Under the pieces are notes generated by a model. The model saw only the letters and a list, made by a program, of their open reading frames with translations, was not told the origin of the DNA and ran no database searches. Positions 49,210-57,698 of a DNA stretch of 64,000 nt are shown here, piece after piece; positions within the stretch are counted from its first letter, which is position 1; each line of letters starts with the position of its first letter. Origin of the DNA: a virus (Duplodnaviria; Caudoviricetes); the IMG/VR virus record IMGVR_UViG_3300027763_000059, positions 115-64,114 of that record. One strand, 5' to 3'. The position numbers and the translations under genes were made by a program.

Positions 49210-49506
49210 TTATATACTCCTGTTAATTGTGTTGATGATGGACGCGATGTCCTTGTCCTCGTTCATGCGTAGTTGCATCTGCTTAACGCCATGAATTATA
49301 GTCGTGTGAGAGACATCAACGTCTCTCTCCTTAAGGTACTCCTGAATGGTGGTGTACCTCATGTCTCTGAGCGCACATAGGAAGTATAGCAGTTGTCTTG
49401 CGTCAACTACGCTACGCTTCTTGCTCTGTGCAAACATCTCATCCTCAGTTATGTTGAATAGCTTGGTGATGGACTTGATGAAGTGATTAAAGATTTGTTT
49501 TTTCAT
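49210..49506 (-). CDS. Second DnaA domain IV-like protein
   Basis: SKKRSVVDARQLLYFL...SHTTIIHG; own promoter TATATTTG at 49519-49526. Confidence 0.7.
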   Translation of the reverse strand: MKKQIFNHFIKSITKLFNITEDEMFAQSKKRSVVDARQLLYFLCALRDMRYTTIQEYLKERDVDVSHTTIIHGVKQMQLRMNEDKDIASIINTINRSI

Positions 49507-49541
49507 TTGATTTGTTCACAAATATAGTTAATAAGATTTAA

Positions 49542-50762
49542 TTATGTGCAATTTTTGAAACTTTTTTCGCACTCAAGTAGATCATTGTACTTTACGTACA
49601 CGAATCCCTCGTGGATTATTTTCTTGCAGTTATTCCATTTGTATTCGTGTTGATACTCTACTTCCATTGCCTTAGCTTTTTGAAACTCATTGAATAGTAG
49701 ACGCATCCTATCAACACCTAAACATTGTGTCATAACATCCTCTAAGTACTCTACTGCGGTCTGTTTCATATCTCATTTACTTTAAATTTACCCATGTCGT
49801 AGCCTCCCTTGTTTAAAAGTTCAGACTTCATCCAATAGGCTAATGACCTATTGTTGAACGTCCACTCTTGGACTACTTTCTTTCCGATTTGATATATTAG
49901 CTTGTACCTCATGTCTCTTGATTTTATCCGTATACTACTTCGCCTAACGCCATGTACTGAAAGCACATATCCGATGATGTTGCGTCACCTTGCTCGGCTA
50001 TCTCATCGAACAACGCCCATCCATCGCCCTCGTCTACCATCTTCTGTAGCCCATGCATGATGGTGTCCTCGTTGATAACGCCAATTGGCTCATCGTTCTC
50101 CATGTCCTCTATGTCATGTACCTCAATGCTAATGCGCTTGTCAAGTATAGCCTTGGCAAATGCCATGGAGAAAGATGGCTCTTCCTCTCTGCTAACTGCC
50201 TCACGTACCTTTCTTCCGTTCTCGTTGTTGATGTAGTACCAATAGTTGCTACCACCCTCTAGTGCAGTCACGAATATGTTCTCTAATACGTCTCTGCTTA
50301 CTTCTCTTTGAATGTTAAATTTCATTTGATTTAAATTTTTCGTTATACAATACAAGGCTTATCTCCAACCAATCCGATATGATATCGTCAGGTGCGTTTA
50401 CCTCTCTTAGTCCCTCTGTGATGTAGCCTACGCACTCTAAGGCGCACTCTGTTGCCATCTCTAAGGTCATCATCTCTCCTCGCTTAGTCTGTAACTTAAG
50501 GAAAGAAAAACGCAGGTCGAATACCTTGCGCTCAATCTTTTTTTGTCGCTCAGTCTTTTCCATTGTAGATGTGATTTAGGTACTGTTCTTTTCTTCCCGT
50601 AAACTTGCCATGCCAATCGGCTATGGTCTTAACAGATGTTGATGCCACCGATGGAGTGTGTGTCCTTGGTATAGGCTTTGCTTCACATGACTTGAGTGTC
50701 ATGTAGGTCAGTAGTATACCCACGCAGAGATACCCAACCCGTTGGATTGTTTTTGCTTTCAT
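49542..50762 (-). CDS. Block of five small early hypothetical ORFs (49542-49769, 49766-49912, 49924-50325, 50315-50563, 50550-50762)
   Basis: Co-oriented, tightly packed or overlapping, A-rich start regions. Confidence 0.6.
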
Positions 50763-50787
50763 TACATTTGATTTAAGTTTAAAATAT

Positions 50788-50813
50788 GTGCGTTAACGAG
50801 GCGCACCCCTCGT
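50788..50813. other. Compact H-type RNA pseudoknot
   Basis: GTGCG(50788-92)/CGCAC(50802-06) interleaved with ACGAGG(50796-801)/CCTCGT(50808-13). Confidence 0.55.
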
Positions 50814-50818
50814 GTGCA

Positions 50819-51160
50819 TTAAGATAGAGTCAACAAGTACAATGTCTCGTTTACCAATCCTAACATCTCGTCCATGATATTCTGTAGGTCAGACGCGTAG
50901 TTTACTCGCTCAGCCTCTAACATCTTCTGCATATCCTTCATGTGCGCAACTGCGTCCATGTTCTTAGCCTCAGGGATTACAAACTCAACGCGCTTGTTAC
51001 GTCCGAAGAACTTCTCTGTGAAGCTATCCGTTAGGTCAAGGATGTTGTCGTAGTAGTTGTTCAATGCCTTGTGTTCAGCAAACGATGTCGTCTGCAAGTG
51101 AGCGATGTGCATCATGTCTCTTGACTGAAACAACGCCCCGATAAATTTACTTGGTGTCAT
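50819..51160 (-). CDS. Ferritin/Dps-like protein (DUF5856-type)
   Basis: HIAHLQTTSFAEHKAL..YY.....LTD.F.E..FG ... LQNI.DEM......TLYLLTL; own promoter at 51184-51191. Confidence 0.8.
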   Translation of the reverse strand: MTPSKFIGALFQSRDMMHIAHLQTTSFAEHKALNNYYDNILDLTDSFTEKFFGRNKRVEFVIPEAKNMDAVAHMKDMQKMLEAERVNYASDLQNIMDEMLGLVNETLYLLTLS

Positions 51161-51191
51161 AATGAATAGTTTAAATATTTACACAAAGATA

Positions 51192-54100
51192 CTACATTTC
51201 TCGCACGGGTACAAAGACCTTGATACCACGATCGTTGACCTCGTTATCTAACGGGAACGCCTCAAATGAGCCAATCAATATCTCCATGAATACCTCACGT
51301 CTCTTGCTTGGCAGGTACAACATTCGGTCAATCACCTCTTGGATGACCTCTTTTCTTTTCTGTTCTGTTAATGGTAGTGTGTACATATCTCTTAGTTTAA
51401 AATTTTAGTTCGTCAAATTCTGTGTACATATCCACGTACTGCTCGGGATATCTCTTCTTTAATGCGTCCAACAACGTGTCGTTGTCGTAGTAGCCCTCGC
51501 CATCACGCTCTGCGTTAACGAGGGGGTTAATTACTTCTACGATGTCTTGGTCATCTAACGTAGTCACTAGGTAGAAGTCCTCTTCTGACCATGCCGTTGT
51601 GTTAACTCTAATTACTCTCATGTCTCTTAGTCTTTAAATTCTTTAATACCTGATGCCTCTAGTAACTCTACGTCATCCTTGTCAATATACTTTGCTAGGC
51701 TCTGTAACTCTATTAACTCGCCTATGCTTATTCTCTCTGCTCTAAGTTCTTGTCTTAGGTACTCTAGTCTCTCTGTCATTTGATTTTGTTTTTTAGGTAG
51801 TTATTAATCTTTGTAATCATCTTCTCGTACGATGTCTCCACGTCCATGTGACTGAACGTACCGAACATCGCCTCATCAAATAGGTAGGCAACTGATGTAG
51901 TTGCCCCACCCTCTTGCATGGTCTCAATTATCTTGAATCCCTTATACATTGCTTCCATGTCGTTTAGTTTATTAGTTGTCTCTATCTCTAAAGTATTCTG
52001 CAATATTGATTAAGTCATCGAGCAATTGCTCGTCAGTTTTCAAGGCTAACTTTAATACATCGTCAGCCGTTTCGAATTCGTCTCGTGCCATGTCGTAGAT
52101 GGCGTTAATTAGTTTCTCTCTCATGATTTCTAAGTTTTAAAGTTCTGCTGTGAATTCGCAGTATCCGTTCTCGTTTATGCAGTCAAGTATTTGCTTACCT
52201 AACTTGTAGTCTGCGTAGTCACGTAGGTTACTTATGTGAAGTAAGTTCTCAGTCAATGTCTCATCGCTGTACGATGTGTTCTTGCTGAAGAAGTCATCCA
52301 TTTTATGTAGGTGTTCTCCTAACGTCTCCTCTATTCTCTTTAGTTCAGCCTCAATATCTTCTTTGCTATCTTCATCAAAACAATATTCTATGAAGTTAGG
52401 TACATGCCCCGTTACTCCAAATCTATCTGCCGAATCGCTTGGTTGAACGGCAAACCAAAATTTGCCTTCAATGTCTCCGTTATAATATCTTCCCATGTTT
52501 TCTATTTTTTTAAAGTTTATAATTAATTGTACGCATCGCAAATGTGGTGATGCTTCTTGTGATGGTCAGCCTTCAATGGCTTGTACTTTGTCTTGTACGC
52601 ATCGCATGGATGGTACTTCGTGCTACCACATGACGTTAATAAAATTGTTAGTCCGATTGTTATAAGAATTGCTTTCATTTTGTTTTGGTTTTTAGTTAGT
52701 TATTAATTATTGTACTCGTTTCCTTCTGCATCGTACCACTCGTCATCAATGTCATACATATCCCACTCCGTGTAGTAGTAATAGTTTTCGTTGTAGAAAT
52801 ATTCTAACAATTGGTCTACCTCTAGATCTTTTGATTTTACACCATTGCTATCTTCCCAATTTAGTTCTCTTAAATGGTATAATAAATCCTCTTCATTACC
52901 AAAGCAAAGCTCTCCGTCTCCTACAACGTATCCTTCGTTAATGCCTTTTCCCGTAGCATCACAACGTCTTGCAAATTTTTCCATCTTAGTTTAGTTTTAA
53001 TCGTTCGTTAATCGCCTTCTTAATTCCATGTGGGATATGGTCTAGCATAGTCCCAAGGTGGTCACCTTCCTCAATCTCCGTTCGGTCACCGATGTACATA
53101 TTGAATCCAACCCCTTGGTCGCTCATTCCGTACACGTCATCACCGATAAAGATTGTGTATCGGTCTAGGGTCTCCCCTCCGTTGTCGTAGATTACTACGT
53201 TCGCTTCCTTTCTCACTATCATCTCTTTTAGTTTAGTTTAATATCTCCGATAGGTACAATGGGACAACGTGTAATGCGCCCGTATCAGCGCATCGCACAA
53301 TATAATGTCCCGTAGAACTTACTTGACCGATTAACTCGTAGTAACCGCTTAATGTTGAATGCATCCCGTCAATCAACATCGTATCTCTTTCTCTTAATTC
53401 AATTAGCATATCTCTTTTTTTAATGTGTTGAACCTACAGGTATTCCAATCTCATATCCCTTCTCTAACGCATCGTTCAATTCGTTATGCGTATCAATTAG
53501 ACTCTCTGAATCATCGTCCCATATGATGTATAAATCAAATAGGTTTAGGTCAAAAATTTGTCTTGCTCTTTTTTCGTTTACTAGCTTGTAAACAAATCCG
53601 TCGTTCATTACTTTCATGTCGTTTAGTTTAGTCGTTTAACTCTTTAATGAATACCTTTCCGTATCGCGCGAATCGTCCCGTAGGCTTTTCAATGCGTACA
53701 ATGAAATCGTCCGTCTCAAAGTCATTGCCTTGCGCCAATCGTCCATGCACCGCGTTACGCGTTATCTTGAATAGGTCAACCAACCAATCCGATGTGAACG
53801 TATACTTTAATTCCCACACGTCATCTACGTTTAACTCCATGTATGGTTTGATTTGAGCAAAGAAATACTTGTCGGGTGTAGTGTCATAGAACTCCTTTAG
53901 AAAGTACTTCCACAATTGTGGCTTTGTCTCTATTCGGTTACACCATTGCGCATCTTGTGTTGACCATGCGCCATCAATTACCATTGCGTTTCCGTCTTGT
54001 ATCCAAGACTCGAATCCTTCTAATTCAAATGTTTTCATGTTGTTTAGTTTTAAATAAAAATTACTTTGTTAGTTGATAATTCGGGAATACAATACGCATC

Positions 54101-54241
54101 CCAATCACCATTGTTTATTTTTTCATTAGCATAATCAATTGCTTTTTCCTCTTGGATGTTTACGCAAGGACAATCCTTGTAAATCTCATATGGTGTTTCT
54201 GATACAAAAACATCATTGTAATAAATGGTAACTAATTTCAT
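51192..54241 (-). CDS. Block of about 13 small early hypothetical ORFs (incl. 51627-51779, 51776-51958, 51972-52124, 52137-52496, 52703-52984, 52986-53222, 53233-53409, 53420-53617, 53628-54038, 54050-54241)
   Basis: Co-oriented, mostly acidic small ORFs with a shared start motif. Confidence 0.6.
52523..52678 (-). CDS. 51-aa His-rich lipoprotein (absent from the ORF track)
   Basis: MKAILITIGLTILLTS-CGSTKYHPCDAYKTKYKPLKADHHKKHHHICDAYN. Confidence 0.65.
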   Translation of the reverse strand: MKAILITIGLTILLTSCGSTKYHPCDAYKTKYKPLKADHHKKHHHICDAYN

Positions 54242-54246
54242 GTCGT

Positions 54247-54939
54247 TTAGTGGTTTAAAATGTAAATACTCTTCTTTCCTTTTCCTTCAGTTCCCGAACA
54301 CAATCCACATTTAGAACATGAACTTTTATATCCGCTTTCCTTGGATGCGGGACAATTAACGTACTCGTCTAGCTTTGTCTCCGTAGCTATGTACGAACGA
54401 TATCCTTTGTCACTTGCATTTGCTTCACCTTGTGCATCGTGAACGGATGCCATAAAGTACTTGCCTAGGTCATTACGCATCCACTGATGTGTATATCCCG
54501 TCCAATTTTGTGCGACGTTTACCATCCCCTCAATTAACTCAAACGGATGTAGTGAAGGCTCTCCGTACGTTCCGAATCGGATGAACTTATTCGCGCTCAT
54601 GCTAACAATCACCGCACCGATAAACTCATCGTATTCAGGAACATCTTCCCAAGTTTTAAACTCATTCTTGATTGATTTTAGCATGGATTTGAATCCGACG
54701 TATTGATTGAATTTGTGTGTGTAACACTTGCCGAATTCGTTAAACGGACAATCCAAACAATTTGTATCTGCATGACTGAAAAACTCGCGCATCCCGTTTA
54801 AATCCTTCTCAAATTGTGAACGTGAAAAGGTATACGTTTGAACTATCTTGCGTTTCTTGTCTGATTCGATTTTGTCGTTTGTCGTGTTATCCAATCTGAA
54901 TACTTGTAACGTTTCCTTGTGTTTGAATACTAATCTCAT
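54247..54939 (-). CDS. Cys-rich early phage enzyme (Gp88-like, possible Fe-S protein)
   Basis: CLDCPF...CY, RFGTYGEP, WTGYTHQW, FMASV, CPASKE...CSKCGLC. Confidence 0.55.
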   Translation of the reverse strand: MRLVFKHKETLQVFRLDNTTNDKIESDKKRKIVQTYTFSRSQFEKDLNGMREFFSHADTNCLDCPFNEFGKCYTHKFNQYVGFKSMLKSIKNEFKTWEDVPEYDEFIGAVIVSMSANKFIRFGTYGEPSLHPFELIEGMVNVAQNWTGYTHQWMRNDLGKYFMASVHDAQGEANASDKGYRSYIATETKLDEYVNCPASKESGYKSSCSKCGLCSGTEGKGKKSIYILNH

Positions 54940-54958
54940 GTCGTTATTTTTTTAGTTG

Positions 54959-55806
54959 TTATTTTTTACTGCATTTATTACACGTGCCAAAGGCGTTAAC
55001 TTCAGTAACATCCTTACCACATTTATTACATCCTATTACAAATTCCTCGTCCTCTTCATAGTCATCGTTATCCTCTATAGGATACATATCCTTGAAGTAA
55101 TGTTCGATGTTATCCAATACATCTTGGTATTCTTTTCCATCTATTAGTATTCCTCGTCCCATTGGATTGAATGCGTAGTACAATCCATCTCTCTTTGTTT
55201 TGTGTAGGAAAGAGAATCCTAGGCTTTCGATTTGTGATTTGATTATGCTCATCTTAATTATTGTTTATTGCGTTAATAAATGCACGTTTGATGTGCGTTA
55301 AATTATACTTTAATGCGTCCAATCCATTGTCCTCCCAAATGGCTAACTTATCTACGTTGAATCTAGATTTGCCTATGAAATCGTATTGACTCATTGATGC
55401 AGTTTCGATAGTCACGAACTGATTTTTTATTACGATTTGTTTGATGTTTACGATGTAAGGATGTGTTCCTCCTCCATACGTGTATGCGGTCAATTCCAAA
55501 TCATTTGCTATCTGAATCAATTCGTTGATTTCAGTGATGCGTTTTGTTAGTGATGTGCTTACTTTTTTCATTGCTATTTGATTTTAAAGTTTATATTTTT
55601 GAACGTATTTCGTTGAATGATACGTTATTTCTTTGCTCATCTAATCTCGTCTCTATCTCGTATCTTTTTTGACCATGAACTATCTTTCCGTTTAAGTAGA
55701 ATTGATTAGTTGATTTATGAGTCTTATCATCGAATTTTTGTGTACGAATCATCTTGTATTCGTTTCCATTGTGAATCAATGTGTTGATGTGTTTAATGAC
55801 TTCCAT
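54959..55806 (-). CDS. First three early ORFs (54959-55252, 55254-55571, 55591-55806)
   Basis: Co-oriented ORFs directly downstream of the early leader. Confidence 0.65.
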
Positions 55807-56108
55807 GTCGTTGTGTTTTAAAAGTTAGTCAATGCGGTGAGTATCGCTCTCATCAAATGCTCATTGCATCCGCATTGTTATTAGATTGCACCACGCTTAT
55901 ATAGGTAGAATCGAACTACCACAATCTATAGGGGATGTCATGCTCCCCTTAATACCTTTCGGTATGCTTGCTCTATCTTTTCGGTAACTAACCACCTGCT
56001 TTAGCTCGCAGTCTCTTGATACTAATACCCTCAAGTAAGGGAGTGACCTGTTGTAGATGTGTTACTGAACTTCGCATCATCTTACGGATTGCCGATTCCG
56101 TTTTAGCT
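55807..56108 (-). ncRNA. ~300-nt structured early leader or ncRNA
   Basis: No ORF, promoter at 56113-56120, at least 7 hairpins including a GAAA tetraloop and two T-loop-like arms. Confidence 0.6.
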
Positions 56109-56112
56109 GAAG

Positions 56113-56164
56113 CAAAGATATGTATTCTTTGTGTAACTAATGCACATTAAATGAATTATTTTTG
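56113..56164. promoter_or_regulatory. Divergent promoter pair at the switch between the two arms
   Basis: Minus-strand TATCTTTG at 56113-56120 and plus-strand TATTTTTG at 56157-56164. Confidence 0.6.
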
Positions 56165-56619
56165 TGCAATACTCTGTATCCCTTATACAGCAAGGGATTC
56201 ACGAGTAGTGATGAACGAAAGTTTTTTAAGATGCTAGGGAATAAAGGGATTGATTGCCTATAATTAATTAGTTAGGATAGAAATTCGAGGGGATGTTAAG
56301 CCTTCTCTCGCTGTATGCGTATTGTATTCGTGTCTTCGAAGACACAGCACCGCGCGAAACGTAGCAACAGCCTATGTGCTACAGCCTAGTGGGATGCCAA
56401 TACGTAGCATGGACAAGGGATGCGGACGTAAGGGATGACCATGTGCGCGTCTAGTCCCTAGGGAAAAGCCAAAAAATCTGCAGGAAATTTCCCTTTTTGC
56501 ACCCCCCCACCTCGTTTAAAAAGCAGTTTCCGATCGGGGGCCGAGCGCGTCAAACGTGGTACAACCCCACTACTACGGATATCTAATATTATTTTTTACC
56601 TTTGTAAAAACTTAAGATT

Positions 56620-56838
56620 ATGATGAACAAGAAAGGAAACTTAGACGGACTAGAGGTACGTAACGGAAGGTTGATTAACAACGCGCCTGATGGTATGACC
56701 GGAATCCAAAAGATTGCGATTGCAAGAAAGGCAATGCGTATTGAAGAGAAGACCATGATCATGGAAAATGCAATGTATCGAGCAGAGATGAGAGCTGATA
56801 TGATGGAGAACATGATGGGTAGTAAGGGCATAGACTAG
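56620..56838 (+). CDS. Met-rich small protein, monocistronic
   Basis: Promoter TACCTTTG at 56597-56604 and a terminator just downstream. Confidence 0.75.
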   Translation: MMNKKGNLDGLEVRNGRLINNAPDGMTGIQKIAIARKAMRIEEKTMIMENAMYRAEMRADMMENMMGSKGID

Positions 56839-56860
56839 TCTTTTATCGCAACTTTTTAGG

Positions 56861-56891
56861 AAGGGAGGTTTTTATTAATCTCCCTTTTTTT
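56861..56891 (+). terminator. Intrinsic terminator
   Basis: AAGGGAGG...TCTCCCTT plus T-tract. Confidence 0.75.
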
Positions 56892-56897
56892 ATGTTC

Positions 56898-57073
56898 TAT
56901 GTCGATAATCGACATAATTATTGATTTTTATGTCGAGAGAATGTCGACTAAAGTACTGATAATCAACTCACTGTCGATAATGTCGATTTTATCTTCTAAT
57001 TCTAGTGGGAAAAAAATTATATATATAATAATATATATATATATATATAGAGAAACTATTTTTGTCAATTGAC
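56898..57073. repeat. Iteron-like TGTCGA array plus (TA)n tract, putative origin copy 2
   Basis: TGTCGA at 56900, 56931, 56942, 56972, 56981 and inverted at 56909, then a TA-rich tract. Confidence 0.6.
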
Positions 57074-57122
57074 AGGATTAAAATTTTTATTGTTTATTTG
57101 AATAATAGTAATATCTTTGTGA

Positions 57123-57188
57123 TGCATTATTGCTTTTGCGTTTGGTTTAAGAAAGGGGTATCAGTTGAAAGCGGTGCCCCTTTTTTTT
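57123..57188 (+). ncRNA. Putative ~65-nt small RNA
   Basis: Promoter TATCTTTG at 57112-57119, U/G-rich single-stranded part, GGGGTATC/GGTGCCCC hairpin plus T8; the next gene has a separate promoter at 57192-57199. Confidence 0.6.
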
Positions 57189-57229
57189 ATGTATATTTGT
57201 ACTTTATAAACCCATTTAATTTTTTAGAC

Positions 57230-57520
57230 ATGGAAAAGTTTTTAAGTATCCCGGTAACAAGTGAGCAGAACCAATTATTATCTGCAACAGGTATCGTATT
57301 AATTGAGCAAGAGTCAACAACTACTGTTCACGTTCATTACAAAGCGAGTACAGCAACTGACGTTGTAGTAATTACTCATGCTGCAGTTCCTGCGGGAAGT
57401 GAGGCTATGCGTGATGCGATCCAAGGTGCAGTTATTGCTGCATTGGCTACGCCATGGACGGCAGTAGCTTACCAAGTTGGTGTATTACCATACGCGGTAT
57501 CAGGTATTACTATCTCTTAA
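57230..57520 (+). CDS. Hypothetical (possibly virion) protein, 96 aa
   Basis: Start MEKFLSIPV after promoter TATATTTG; terminator downstream. Confidence 0.7.
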   Translation: MEKFLSIPVTSEQNQLLSATGIVLIEQESTTTVHVHYKASTATDVVVITHAAVPAGSEAMRDAIQGAVIAALATPWTAVAYQVGVLPYAVSGITIS

Positions 57521-57537
57521 TTAATAGTATACTACTT

Positions 57538-57569
57538 AAAGGGCATCTCTAACGGGGTGCCTTTTTTTT
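57538..57569 (+). terminator. Intrinsic terminator
   Basis: AAAGGGCATC...GGTGCCTTT plus T-tract. Confidence 0.75.
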
Positions 57570-57698
57570 GTTTCCTATAAATGTGGATAAGTGGCAACAT
57601 AAGGGATAAAAACACATTATAATGTGCTTTTTATGGCACATTATACTTAATAGTCACAATTTATTGTTATTTTTGTGACATAATTAATCAAATCAAAT

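Noticed and set aside
55904-55920. tRNA gene suggested by GGTAGTTCGATTCTACC (minus strand)
   Set aside because: Only the T-arm is present; no acceptor, D or anticodon arms in cloverleaf spacing. Treated as part of the leader RNA.
56898-57060. CRISPR-like array
   Set aside because: Repeats are only 6 bp with 9-31 bp spacing; no 25-40 bp repeats and no cas genes.
57062-57229. N-terminal extension of ORF 57062-57520
   Set aside because: It runs through a promoter, a terminator and a second promoter; ATG 57230 is the plausible start.
57600-57698. CIRCE element upstream of groEL
   Set aside because: The inverted repeats present do not match TTAGCACTC-N9-GAGTGCTAA.
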